From the NCBI GenBank assembly GCA_963793425.1, contig CAWCAG010000005.1:416001-480000 (forward strand): DNA of 64,000 nt, written 5' to 3'. Below are positions 32,008 to 42,372 of the stretch, in pieces. Source of the stretch: an uncultured cyanobacterium (GTDB taxonomy: Bacteria; Cyanobacteriota; Cyanobacteriia; Cyanobacteriales; CAWCAG01). Each line of letters starts with the position of its first letter. Position 1 is the stretch's first letter. Below the pieces are notes generated by a model. The model did no database searches. It was not told where the DNA came from and was given only the letters and a program-made list of their open reading frames with translations. A program made the position numbers and the translations under genes.

Positions 32008-33741
32008 ATGGCAACAGTAAATCATATCTTTGTTTTAGACATCACCACTGTGCTAGGCTCATCAGCAGTAGGAGGTTTTATTGCCTATCATCTACGCCAG
32101 CCTGTTTTATTAGGTTATCTGGTTTGTGGTTTGATAATTGGTCCATTTGGCTTGGGTTTAATTACTCAAATAGAAGAGATAAAATCCTTAGCTGAAATTG
32201 GTGTTGCTTTTTTGCTTTTTGCTTTGGGAGTAGAGTTTTCCCTGGCTGAGTTAAAACGGGTTAAAGATATTGCCATCAAAGGTAGCCTCTTACAAATTGG
32301 GCTGACTATTGCCCTAGTAGCATTGTTCACCACTATGTTGGGTTGGGTTCAAACTCCGGTAGAAGGAATTTTTATGGGGGCTGTATTATCTCTATCTTCT
32401 ACCGCCGTTGTGCTGAAAACTTTGACCGAAAGAGGAGAAGTTAATACTATTCATGGTCAGGTAATGTTGGCAGTCCTAATTGCCCAAGATTTAGCTTTAG
32501 GATTAATGTTGGCAGTATTACCAGCCCTCAATCAACCAGAGAATCTAATTCCTGCTTTAGTGGCTGCAATAATTAAAGTAGTATTGTTTTTTCTTAGTGC
32601 GATCGCTGCTGGGTATTGGCTTATTCCTCGCATCATGACTACTGTTGCCAAAACTGAAAATAGTGAGTTATTTTTATTGACGGTAATTGCTTTATGTTTA
32701 GGTGTAGCATTGATAACTGCTAGCTTAGGCTTATCCATTGAAATGGGTGCGTTTGTAGCTGGGCTAACTATCTCCGAAATTGATTATTCAGACCAAGCCT
32801 TAGCAAAAATGATTCCCTTAAGAGATACTTTTGCTAGTTTATTTTTTGCCTCTATTGGTATGTTAATTAATCCGAATAGTCTCTGGGGAAATTTGGGCAT
32901 AATCATTGGGTTTGTCACCCTGGTAATGTTAGGTAAAGCTAGCATTGTGTTTCCCATTATTTGGAAGTTTGGCTATTCTTTTAAAACTGCTGTAATTGCT
33001 AGTTTGGGTTTAAATCAAATTGGAGAATTTTCTTTTGTTTTAGCATTGTTGGGGGAAAGGCTTGGCTTTATTAATCAAGAACAATATGATCTTCTCATCG
33101 GTACAACAGCAATAACTCTGGTTTTAACTCCCATTGGCATGAAATTCTCTCCAGAAATCGCCCAAAAACTAGCAACCATCCCCATAATTGCTAATTATTT
33201 GGAAAGGCAACAACAAAATAGACCCATGTCCATACCTAAAACTATTTGCAATCATATAGTGGTAGCAGGTTACGGGAGAGTTGGTAGAGTTATTGTCAAG
33301 GTATTAAGCGATCGCGGTTATCCTCTATTAGTTATTGAAAATAGTGAGGCTGGAATTAGGCGTTTACGTCAAGAAGAAATCCCTTATATTTTTGGGGATG
33401 CTGATTCTGAGATGGTTTTGAGTAAATGTCATTTAGACCAGGCTAAAGCTTTAGCAATCGCCTTACCCGATCCTTCTAGTACCCGTATTTTGCTCATGCA
33501 AGCCCTAAAAATCAATTCTAAAATAGATATAGTTGCCCGTTCACATAGTGACAAAGAAATCGATTTCTTAACCAAAATAGGGGCAAATGAAGTAGTACAA
33601 CCTGAGTTTGAAGCAGCCTTAGAAATGGGTAGACAAATTCTTAGTACTCTAGGAGAAAATGAAGAAGAAGTAGGTTCAGTTTTGCAAACAATTCGCACAG
33701 ATCGTTATCTCAGCGTTAGAGATACTTCCCAAAAAGATTAA
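32008..33741 (+). CDS. CPA2/Kef-type cation:proton antiporter with TrkA-N domain
   Basis: GVAFLLFALGVEF, SLSSTAVV, QIGEFSFV, GYGRVG. Confidence 0.92.
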   Translation: MATVNHIFVLDITTVLGSSAVGGFIAYHLRQPVLLGYLVCGLIIGPFGLGLITQIEEIKSLAEIGVAFLLFALGVEFSLAELKRVKDIAIKGSLLQIGLTIALVALFTTMLGWVQTPVEGIFMGAVLSLSSTAVVLKTLTERGEVNTIHGQVMLAVLIAQDLALGLMLAVLPALNQPENLIPALVAAIIKVVLFFLSAIAAGYWLIPRIMTTVAKTENSELFLLTVIALCLGVALITASLGLSIEMGAFVAGLTISEIDYSDQALAKMIPLRDTFASLFFASIGMLINPNSLWGNLGIIIGFVTLVMLGKASIVFPIIWKFGYSFKTAVIASLGLNQIGEFSFVLALLGERLGFINQEQYDLLIGTTAITLVLTPIGMKFSPEIAQKLATIPIIANYLERQQQNRPMSIPKTICNHIVVAGYGRVGRVIVKVLSDRGYPLLVIENSEAGIRRLRQEEIPYIFGDADSEMVLSKCHLDQAKALAIALPDPSSTRILLMQALKINSKIDIVARSHSDKEIDFLTKIGANEVVQPEFEAALEMGRQILSTLGENEEEVGSVLQTIRTDRYLSVRDTSQKD

Positions 33742-33748
33742 ATAGTGA

Positions 33749-34843
33749 TTATTGGAAGCAACCTTCAATAACTTTCTGCAATAATTCTGGTGTAACTTGA
33801 TCAGTGATAGTTACCTCACCAATTGCCGTAGGTAAGACAAAGCGAACTTTCCCTGCTTTCACTTTCTTGTCACTTTGCAAAGCCGCAATAATTCCTTGAC
33901 TATCTAACCGCTTAGGAATTGTGGTTGGCAAACCAACTTTCGCAATTAACTCATTTTGTCGCTGACTGTCTTCTGGGTTCCACATCTGCATCTTCGTCGC
34001 GATCGCCCCTGCTGCTACCATACCTATAGCTACTGCCTCACCGTGGTTAACAGTTTTATAGGCCGTTAAACTTTCAACTGCGTGACCGATGGTATGACCA
34101 TAGTTTAAAATAGCTCTGATGCCTGCTTCTTTTTCATCTTGACTGACTACATCAGCTTTCGCTTGACAAGAACGCATCAGGATAGTTTGCAGCATTTCTG
34201 TATTGATATTTTCTAATCTATCTAGACTCTTGCTTGCTTCTAATTGGTTAAATAAATCTGCATCCCAAATTACGCCGTATTTAATAACTTCCGCCATACC
34301 TGCACGAAATTCTCTGATGGTCAAAGTTGCTAAAACTTGAGGATCGATAACTACTAATTTCGGTTGATAAAATGCCCCAATTAAGTTTTTACCTTGGGGA
34401 TGGTTAACTCCTGTTTTCCCACCCACCGAAGCATCTACCATTGCTAATAAGGAGGTGGGGACTTGCACGAAGTTAATTCCTCTTAACCATGTGGCTGCTG
34501 CAAACCCAGTCATATCACCAACTACACCTCCACCCAACGCTAGCAAAGTGGAGGAACGTTCGAGATTTTTTTCTAAGGCGATGTTGTAGAGTTTTTCTAT
34601 AGAACTGAGATTTTTAAATTGTTCTCCGGCAGGCAAGAGGTAGTGAAAAACTTGGAAACCATTTGATTCAAGGGAGTTGAGAATTGTGTTGCCGTAATGG
34701 GCAAAAATTTCTGGGTTGGAAACAATTAAGACTTTTTTCCCTAACCCCAGGGATTGCATCAATTCTCCTACCTGGGGCAAAATACCAGGAGCGATCGCAA
34801 TTTTATAAGAGTTCTGAGGTAAATTAACAGTAATATCGGTCAT
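33749..34843 (-). CDS. aroB: 3-dehydroquinate synthase
   Basis: [37 protein letters not shown]. Confidence 0.97.
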   Translation of the reverse strand: MTDITVNLPQNSYKIAIAPGILPQVGELMQSLGLGKKVLIVSNPEIFAHYGNTILNSLESNGFQVFHYLLPAGEQFKNLSSIEKLYNIALEKNLERSSTLLALGGGVVGDMTGFAAATWLRGINFVQVPTSLLAMVDASVGGKTGVNHPQGKNLIGAFYQPKLVVIDPQVLATLTIREFRAGMAEVIKYGVIWDADLFNQLEASKSLDRLENINTEMLQTILMRSCQAKADVVSQDEKEAGIRAILNYGHTIGHAVESLTAYKTVNHGEAVAIGMVAAGAIATKMQMWNPEDSQRQNELIAKVGLPTTIPKRLDSQGIIAALQSDKKVKAGKVRFVLPTAIGEVTITDQVTPELLQKVIEGCFQ

Positions 34844-34875
34844 TTGTTTGCTAAATTGCTAACGGTATGTTCTTC

Positions 34876-34901
34876 ACTTATTACTTATTACTTATTACTT
34901 A
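34876..34901. repeat. Heptamer tandem repeat (STRR-like)
   Basis: (ACTTATT)x3 plus a partial unit. Similar heptamer runs occur near 23455, 47420, 52132, 55550, 57432 and 58098. Confidence 0.75.
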
Positions 34902-34908
34902 AAAAAAC

Positions 34909-35583
34909 CTATTCCCTAAGCACATACCCAACTCCTCTTACTGTTTGAATCAAACGCTTCTCTCCTTCTGCTTCTAACTTCAAACGTAAATAGCGAATAT
35001 AAACTTCAATAATATTAGAATCTCCCATAAAATCATAACCCCAAACCCTTTCTAAAATTTGGTCGCGGGTGAGGACTTGGCGGGGATGAGAAATTAAATA
35101 GTCGAGTAAGTCAAATTCTTTAGCGGTTAATTCTATGAGGCGATCGCTGCGATAAATTTCGCGGGTACTGCGATTCAGTTTTAAGTCAGAAAATTGTAAT
35201 AAATCAGTATTTTCTTCTTGGGTACGCCGTAAGCTAGCCCTTAGCCTAGCTAGCAATTCTTCCACGCTAAAGGGTTTAACTACATAATCATCTGCTCCCG
35301 CATCCAAACCAGCTACGCGATCACTAACTTCATCTTTCGCTGTTACTAAAATTATTGGAGTTTTGTCCCCGGTGAGGCGTAGGCGACGGCAAATTTCCAA
35401 TCCAGATATTCCTGGCAACATCCAGTCGAGAATAATCAAATCAAAGTTAGTTTCCCTGGCTGTGGTTAAACCCGTTAAACCATCATTGGCAACCTCAACC
35501 TCGTAGCCTTCATATTTTAGTTCTAACTCAATAAATTGAGCTAACTTGGCTTCATCTTCAACTACTAAAATGCGGGCGTTCAT
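34909..35583 (-). CDS. OmpR-family response regulator
   Basis: [34 protein letters not shown]. Confidence 0.93.
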   Translation of the reverse strand: MNARILVVEDEAKLAQFIELELKYEGYEVEVANDGLTGLTTARETNFDLIILDWMLPGISGLEICRRLRLTGDKTPIILVTAKDEVSDRVAGLDAGADDYVVKPFSVEELLARLRASLRRTQEENTDLLQFSDLKLNRSTREIYRSDRLIELTAKEFDLLDYLISHPRQVLTRDQILERVWGYDFMGDSNIIEVYIRYLRLKLEAEGEKRLIQTVRGVGYVLRE

Positions 35584-35612
35584 GTTTTATAAACGTATAA
35601 GCTGGGATTTGC

Positions 35613-35654
35613 CACAAAAACAAGTAGTGACACAGTAAATTACTGTGCCACTAC
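35613..35654 (-). terminator. Intrinsic terminator after the Ser-Asp-rich gene
   Basis: GTAGTG-A-CACAGTA / TACTGTG-C-CACTAC hairpin followed by TTGTTTTTG on the minus strand. Confidence 0.75.
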
Positions 35655-35703
35655 CATATCATTTCTGTGGTTGAGCTTATTGCTTTAGTTAGAAAAGATT
35701 AAT

Positions 35704-38112
35704 CTATTCTAAGGCTTGCATCTCGAAAGTAGCTGTATCAGTGTTGAAGTCTAGCTTAACAGGGAAAGCAACAGGATCATCACCATCAACTGCGGGATCA
35801 ATGGAACTAATGGTAAACTTGGTTACACCTTCGCCATCTTGAAGGGAGTTACCTAAAACTTCTTGGTAGTCGCTGAAGTCAACTTTTTGCCCAGGAGTAA
35901 ATTCTCCTAACATTTTACCATCAACAGAGACAGTGAATTTGTTGTCAGCATCAATTCCTTGGGGAAAATCGCCGATAGAAGTGAATAGAGAATCTTCAGT
36001 CATTTCATAACTATAAGCGTTTACCATCGGAGGATCACACCAAAGTCCAGTAGCTACAGCGACGAAACGGAAACGTCCCCGACTAATTCTTTGGGGTATG
36101 ACAGGGTTATCTTGAGAAGATCCAGCTTCATCATCAGAGTCACTGTCTGAATCATCATCAGAGTCACTGTCTGAATCATCATCAGAGTCACTGTCTGAGT
36201 CATCATCAGAGTCACTGTCTGAGTCATCGTCAGAATCGCTATCTGAGTCATCGTCAGAATCGCTATCTGAATCATCATCACTGCTATCTGAGTCATTGTC
36301 AGAATCGCTATCTGAATCATCACTGCTTTCTGAGTCATCGTCAGAATCGCTATCTGAATTGTCAGAATTAGAGGCTACGTCATCATCGGAACTACTGTCA
36401 TCAGAAGCGGTATCGTCAGAAGAGGTATCACCGGAACTACTGTCATCAGAAGCGGTATCGTCAGCAGCTGTATCATCGGAACTACTATCATCAGAAGAGG
36501 TATCAGTACCATCATCCGTAGAGACATCAAGATCCTCTAATTCTTCTTCAGAAAGTTGTCGCAAACCAATTAAACCGGGGAAGATACGGCTAGAAGGGCC
36601 GACTTGTTTGTAAGCAACTAAGTTAACCCGGCTGCTAGCTACACCGCGACGAGAAGCACGAGAAGCAACATAATAGCGATCGCCACCTTTTTTAACTGTT
36701 CGGATTAGTACTCGTCCTGGGCGAGAAGCTACAATATTGTATTGGTTGACAGCAACTTCAGAAGAAGTAGATAAGTTAAATATGCTGCTGCTAGCTAAAC
36801 TAACGGAATTGGAGAAGTTGAAGGTGACATTGGAGGTGTTGCTATCATCTTCACCATCATCATCAAGGTTGTTGGTACTTGCATCAACGAAGAGGAAATT
36901 AGTGCTGTTTAAATCGAATAAGAAAGCAGTGCTGATTTTGACTCCATTAACAACAGTTGCATCACAAACGTTACAACTAAACCCAGCATTGCTATCGCCA
37001 CTAACAGAGAAGAATTGATAACCGGTGGTGATGTTTTCACGCTTGAAATTACTGACTCCACCCAAGGCATAAAAATCTACTAAACCGTTTTTACCCTCGG
37101 TGCGTAGTTCTAATTTGTTGCTACCTTGCTGAAAGTCTAGTTTAGTATCTTTGCGGTCGGAAACACCACTAAAAGCAATGCCGTCAGCAGCAAATAATGA
37201 TGTGATACCAGTGCTTTCCCCGTCGATTTTAAATTTATCTATGGGTTGGGTAATATCAATTGTACCGTCTTGCTTTTTAATCTCAAAGCCATCAGGATCA
37301 CTAACAATAATATCAACTGCGCCAAACTTACCTTTGAATTTGAACTCACTTGATCCGCGAGTACCAACACTTTGAATTTGGAATTTCTTGTTGGTTTCAC
37401 CGACAAAACGTACTTCGTTGTCGCTAGGATCTAAGTCTGTACCAGCTTGAGGAGTAACATCTTCTCCTTCAAACTTATACTTAATTCTTCTGCCTACTAA
37501 AATAGGAGTAACTTGGGTAACATCGCTAGTTTCTCGAAATTCTAAATCAGGAGAAAGAGCGATCGCGCCACCAGTTAAACTAGCCGTAAAGTCTCCTATT
37601 TCTAAGTCCCCATCAGAAGGGGTAAATCCTGTCCCAGAAACGCCGCTAACTCCAGGGAGAAATACTAAGGGGGCATCAGTATCATCAGGATCAAGCAAGC
37701 TTCCGGTGATAGTTGCGAGGTTAGCAGTGAAGCTATCTACATTGAACTTTAAGCTACTTTCCACTCCGGTAAAAGGTACAACACTACCGTTGGAAGTGAA
37801 GGCTACTCCAGAAAGGGTTCCCAATAAAGTACCGCTACCTCCGACTGGAGTTGATCCTGTGGCAGTAAAGTCAGCAGCATTAGGGATGAAAACCGCACTA
37901 CTGGTCGAACCATTCGCTGTGTCTAACTGTAATTGGTTGATGCCAATATCGAAGAGTTGGACATTACCAGAAGTAGGAATAAAAAATCCTGCTTGACCAG
38001 AAGCTGCGCCTCCTGTGACATCAATTTGGGCTTGAACCCCAGGAGTTAAACTTAATGCTAAACCTCCTGCCAAACCTAAACTAAGGGCTGATCTGGTGTA
38101 TTTTTTCTTCAT
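35704..38112 (-). CDS. Large secreted surface protein with a Ser/Asp repeat linker
   Basis: Signal peptide (VQA/Q), long Gly/Ser/Thr/Phe beta-rich body, (SDSDSDDD)n tract, C-terminal globular domain (WCDPP...DFPQG...AFPVKLDFN). Confidence 0.8.
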   Translation of the reverse strand: MKKKYTRSALSLGLAGGLALSLTPGVQAQIDVTGGAASGQAGFFIPTSGNVQLFDIGINQLQLDTANGSTSSAVFIPNAADFTATGSTPVGGSGTLLGTLSGVAFTSNGSVVPFTGVESSLKFNVDSFTANLATITGSLLDPDDTDAPLVFLPGVSGVSGTGFTPSDGDLEIGDFTASLTGGAIALSPDLEFRETSDVTQVTPILVGRRIKYKFEGEDVTPQAGTDLDPSDNEVRFVGETNKKFQIQSVGTRGSSEFKFKGKFGAVDIIVSDPDGFEIKKQDGTIDITQPIDKFKIDGESTGITSLFAADGIAFSGVSDRKDTKLDFQQGSNKLELRTEGKNGLVDFYALGGVSNFKRENITTGYQFFSVSGDSNAGFSCNVCDATVVNGVKISTAFLFDLNSTNFLFVDASTNNLDDDGEDDSNTSNVTFNFSNSVSLASSSIFNLSTSSEVAVNQYNIVASRPGRVLIRTVKKGGDRYYVASRASRRGVASSRVNLVAYKQVGPSSRIFPGLIGLRQLSEEELEDLDVSTDDGTDTSSDDSSSDDTAADDTASDDSSSGDTSSDDTASDDSSSDDDVASNSDNSDSDSDDDSESSDDSDSDSDNDSDSSDDDSDSDSDDDSDSDSDDDSDSDSDDDSDSDSDDDSDSDSDDDSDSDSDDEAGSSQDNPVIPQRISRGRFRFVAVATGLWCDPPMVNAYSYEMTEDSLFTSIGDFPQGIDADNKFTVSVDGKMLGEFTPGQKVDFSDYQEVLGNSLQDGEGVTKFTISSIDPAVDGDDPVAFPVKLDFNTDTATFEMQALE
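36128..36271 (-). repeat. 24-bp tandem repeat x6 encoding SDSDSDDD
   Basis: Four units of TCATCATCAGAGTCACTGTCTGA(A/G), then two of TCATCGTCAGAATCGCTATCTGA(A/G); degenerate units continue to about 36530. Confidence 0.9.
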
Positions 38113-38313
38113 AACTTTGCTACTCCTTCAGGGTGAATATAGTTTTTTTGGCTAATTGTTAGTTGGAAACAGATTGTCTTGTCAAAGGATGGAAAGAATT
38201 CGCTGATTGAAGAATTTGGGAGAATTTATCCCGATGGGCTATTGAAAGCTGGGTATTTATATTGGGGAAGAAATATCAATTTGGCCCCTTAGCAACAAAA
38301 TCTACCTCTTTCA

Positions 38314-38377
38314 AAATCAGTCTTGATGGGAACCATGACAGTTCTACTTAAGGGTAGGTTCCCAAAAAGACTGATTT
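38314..38377. other. Long intergenic inverted repeat
   Basis: AAATCAGTCTT-GA-TGGGAACC / 22 nt / GGTTCCCA-AA-AAGACTGATTT; 19 of 21 positions pair. Confidence 0.8.
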
Positions 38378-38411
38378 CTAGTACAAATACTTAACTTCGT
38401 TTCTGCTTCAT

Positions 38412-40221
38412 TTAGAAACTGAAAGTTGTCCGTATTGCACCGATGAAGATATTGTCATTTTCCGAGTTGTGGCCTGGATCAATTAAATAAATTGCCCCAG
38501 GGGTAATGCTGATGTTGTCGGAAACTTGCCAGCGATAGAATAATTCAATGTGAGTGGTAGTTCCTGGTTGATCTCCTGGCCCCGCAAAAACGTTACCTTC
38601 GTTAATAAAGCTGGGGATGTTGCGTCCGATGGGTAAATCGCTACTGGTAATTTTAGGTGGCTGACCAATATATAAACCCGCTAAGTCCCCTTCGTTTAAA
38701 AGATCATAAACGTTGAGGTAGCCCATCCAGTTGAATGTTTCGATGCTTCCTGAACTACTCACAAAGTCGGAATTGGTGAAGCCAGCCCAACCACCAACGG
38801 TAAATTTCTCATTAATACGCCAGTCTACATTAGCACCAAAAGCATCGGTGTTAATTGGCGCTCTCAAAAGTCCTGTCCCAACATTAGGAGAAAGAATGGC
38901 TAATTGGTCGTCTCCTATGCCTGTACCTAAACGCCCAAAAGGAGAGTAGGCGTTTATGTATTGTAAGGAAAGATCAATATTTTCAGTGGGAGAAACTCCC
39001 AATTGCACGCCAGCAGAGGTTTCACCATTTTCCCCACCAAATAAACCTGTATTGGGATTGTTGCCAGTGCTAGCGGAGTAAACTGCTTGTAGATTAAACT
39101 TGTCGCTTATTTGCCAGTCTACACCAAGCCCGGCACTACCACTACCTATGTTGATGATGGGGTTGCGTTGGGCGAAGCGAGAAATTGAACCTTGCCCAGC
39201 ACTTTCGATACGGTTTACTCCCCGGAAAACGTTGACGGGGTTAACGGCGGTAGGGCCAAAAATTACAGCTAAGCGATCCGTAAGCAGATGACGGAAGTTG
39301 AGATCGCTAACAACAACGTTGTTGTTGCCAGTGTTGCCTTCATAAGCAAGACTAGTAAAGTTGGTTAAAGCTGGGGGAGTGGAAGTCGTACTACCGTTTC
39401 CGGCAACCAAACCTAATAAAAGAAGGCTACGAGGGTCAAATTGAGTGATTAAGCTGAGGTTGGTGGTGCTAATAAAATTAATGTTAGTATTTTGATCCTC
39501 TAAGGGGAAAATTAAACTGGCGGAAAGAGTTCTCTGTCCTACCTTGGACACCAAAAACGCTTTGACCAAAGAGTTTGGTGGTGGTGGAAAATTGAGTTGC
39601 TTCTATATCAATGAGGCGGGCTTCTACTGCGTCTACGTTGCCCCGCAAAACCGCAAGTTCGGTGGCAAATTCTTCGACTAATCTTTGATAGGTGTTGCCA
39701 TCGGAACCCTCGAAGCTTGGTAAGTTGGTTTCAAAGTATTCCATGCAACGACTCAAAGCCGCAGCAAATTCGTAGCGAGTGATGTTTCGTTGCCCCTTAA
39801 ATGTGCCATCAGGATAGCCAACAATACAGCCATATTTATCGACCATCTTTTGCACGGCTTCAAACCAGAAAGGATCGATGTCGCTTAGTTGGTTAACGCT
39901 GGTTACTTGTTCGAGGGGGATTTCTTCATTGTTATAAATGCGGATTTGGTCAAGAATTTCTTGTTCTTTAGCACCTTCAACTCCTGAGTCTTGGGGCAGA
40001 AATTCTGTTTCTACTGGTGCAATAGGCTCTGAGTTTAATTCAGGATCAACTAAATCTTGAACTAAAAACTGCGACTCTTGTTCTGATTCTAATGAGTCTT
40101 CCGGTAAGATTGCTGCTTCAGAAATATCTGCTGCCTGAACGGATTTGGCCCCCATTAGACCTAACACTGTTAATAACAGAACCGAGAAAGTATGCAGGGA
40201 AAAATAGGATTTCAACTTCAT
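38412..40221 (-). pseudogene. SLH + OprB-type ('iron uptake'/SomA-like) outer-membrane porin, split by one frameshift near 39505
   Basis: The 5' ORF has a signal peptide, SLH (KYGCIVGYPDGTF...TRYEFAAAL), coiled coil and QFSTTTKL. The 3' ORF continues the beta-barrel to RTTFSF. Removing one base at TTTTCCCC fuses them. Confidence 0.85.
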
Positions 40222-40443
40222 GGCATCTAAACTCCTCAAAACACCTAAGTTTTTATCTTATCCTGCATTTTGATCAAGTCTAGGGATTTTTAGATAAATG
40301 CAAAGTAATTTCCTGATAACTACGCAATTAATGTTTTTCTATAGGGGAAGTCTTTCTTTTACAAGGGTATATACGCAAAAAAATATTGCTGTTGATTTTG
40401 TTTTTTGTTTTGGGAACTTTAAGTTTAAAAACTCGTCTTTACT

Positions 40444-40824
40444 TTATTCTAAACCAATAATTTGCAATGATTTATCTAATACTTCATCAGGATCAAAAGG
40501 TTTGGTCATATATAAATCTGCTCCTACTTCTATGCCCTTTTGCTTGTCGAATTCCTGCCCTTTAGCGGTTAGCATGATGATGTAAATACCTTTTAATTGC
40601 AGTTCTTTTTTAACTGTTTTACAAACATCAAAACCATTCATTTTTGGCATCATCACATCTAAAAAAACTAACTGAGGAAGTTCTGTTTTAATCTTTTCTA
40701 AAGCTTCCTCTCCATTGCTAGCCATCAACAACTCAACACCTTCATCTTCTAATTCTTCTAAAGTTTGTTCGAGGAGTAATCTGATATGGGGTTCGTCATC
40801 GGCAATTAATATTTTCTGCTCCAT
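40444..40824 (-). CDS. Single-domain response regulator
   Basis: IADDE, LDVMMP, LTAKG, KPF. Confidence 0.93.
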   Translation of the reverse strand: MEQKILIADDEPHIRLLLEQTLEELEDEGVELLMASNGEEALEKIKTELPQLVFLDVMMPKMNGFDVCKTVKKELQLKGIYIIMLTAKGQEFDKQKGIEVGADLYMTKPFDPDEVLDKSLQIIGLE

Positions 40825-40848
40825 ATCCCTAGCTCCTTGGCAGTTGAG

Positions 40849-42282
40849 TCAGTATTTAACTTCAAATACTTCTATAGCATTTTTTTTACCTTTCACTTTA
40901 ACTATGCCAAAATTTTCAAAGTCAAAAGTATCTTTAGTTACATCATAAATGCTACGGCTAACTAAAATTTGTCCTCCTTTAGCTAAAGATTGCAACCGAG
41001 AAGCGATGTTAACTTCATCACCGATGGCTGTATAGTCCATATGTTTAGGAGAACCAATGTTACCTACTACTACCTTACCAGAGCTAATACCAATTCCTGT
41101 AGGAAAGTTCTTTCTGATCCAAACTTCGGGGATGGTTTGGATGCGTTTTTGCATATCAATGGCTGTGGCGATCGCTTTTTGTTCTGTGTTGAGAGTGCTA
41201 GAAGGAGCGCCAAAAAAGGCGACAATCATGTCCCCGACTAATTTGTTAACTGTACCTTGATGGTCAAAAATCACATCTACCATGTGGGTGAAATATTCAT
41301 TCAAATAAGCAACTATTCTTTCTGGGGCTAGTTCTTCACATTTGCCAGTAAAGTTTCTAATATCAGAAAATAAAATGGAGACATCTTTTTTATTAGGTTC
41401 GAGGCTAATTCCTTCTTTATCTGATAAAATAGTTTGCACAACTTGAGAAGTAACGTAACGCTCTAAATTATTTTTGATCCGCTCTTCTTTGAGCTTATTT
41501 TTATGCAAAAGAGCGTTTTCAATGGCAGTAGCAGCTTGAGAAGAAATAGCGGCAAGCAATTTTAAGTCTGCTGCTGTGTATTGAACATTTTGAGTGCTAC
41601 AAAGATTAATCGCCCCAATTGGTAAATCTTTAGCTTTTAAAGGAGCGCAAATTAAAGATGCTGTTTCGTGATGATAAGGCAGATAGCGAGAGTCTGCGAC
41701 AACATCGTTAACAATTTCTGCTTTCCCTGTTTTGGCTACATAACCGGCAATACCTTCTCCTAATTGGATATTAGTTTTCAGGAAAGATTCATCCCCCGCC
41801 GTGGCGACAATTTCTAGCTCTTGTTTTTTAGGGTTGAGCAACATAACTGAGCCACTTGTAGCTTTGATAATTGTCATTGCCTCGTTAAGTATCAATTTGG
41901 CAATTTCTTCAAGTTCTAAACTCGCAGAGAGTTTTTCTGAGAGTTTATAAATTAGATTTAGTTCTTTATATCTGTCTAAAGTTTCCCCCGCTAAAGCTTT
42001 TTTTTCTAGTTCTTGACGGGCGAAACAAGTAAGCAAGTTGGCTAAAAAGCTAATGTCTTGTTTACCGATTACCCAACCTAAAAGTTGTTCTTCAATGATA
42101 ACAGGATATTTATATAGAGAATATTTTAAATCTTCTCCCAAGATTAAATTACTTTCTGCATCTCTAATACTAACTGGAGTTGCTACTGTTTCTATAGTCT
42201 TGATTATAGTCTGCCGAACTTCTTTTTTTCCTAGCAGACGCTTAAGTTTTAAACTATTTACTTTACCTTGCCTGCTAATCAA
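40849..42282 (-). CDS. GAF-domain class III adenylate cyclase
   Basis: FSDIRNFT, NKLVGD, YTAIGDEVNIASR: both metal Asp, the ATP-specifying Lys/Thr and the transition-state Asn/Arg are present. Confidence 0.9.
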   Translation of the reverse strand: MISRQGKVNSLKLKRLLGKKEVRQTIIKTIETVATPVSIRDAESNLILGEDLKYSLYKYPVIIEEQLLGWVIGKQDISFLANLLTCFARQELEKKALAGETLDRYKELNLIYKLSEKLSASLELEEIAKLILNEAMTIIKATSGSVMLLNPKKQELEIVATAGDESFLKTNIQLGEGIAGYVAKTGKAEIVNDVVADSRYLPYHHETASLICAPLKAKDLPIGAINLCSTQNVQYTAADLKLLAAISSQAATAIENALLHKNKLKEERIKNNLERYVTSQVVQTILSDKEGISLEPNKKDVSILFSDIRNFTGKCEELAPERIVAYLNEYFTHMVDVIFDHQGTVNKLVGDMIVAFFGAPSSTLNTEQKAIATAIDMQKRIQTIPEVWIRKNFPTGIGISSGKVVVGNIGSPKHMDYTAIGDEVNIASRLQSLAKGGQILVSRSIYDVTKDTFDFENFGIVKVKGKKNAIEVFEVKY

Positions 42283-42372
42283 TTAGCCCCCTAATTTAAT
42301 AGTCACTATAAGAACCTCGTAAATTTAACCTGATTCATTGCTAAAGTATCATCCTCCTTGAGATAAGTTTTA

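Noticed and set aside
36128..36360. Tandem repeats as a possible CRISPR array
   Set aside because: Units are contiguous with no unique spacers, are in frame in a CDS, and no cas genes are present.
36054..37996. Several alternative-frame and antisense ORFs, including the MTQIAILT/MMTQTVTL repeat ORF and a Ser/Glu-rich ORF
   Set aside because: By-products of the 24-bp repeat and biased codons of the 802-aa gene.
40092..40585. Plus-strand ORFs 40092-40283 and 40298-40585
   Set aside because: They overlap the porin start and the response regulator on the opposite strand and show no protein features.
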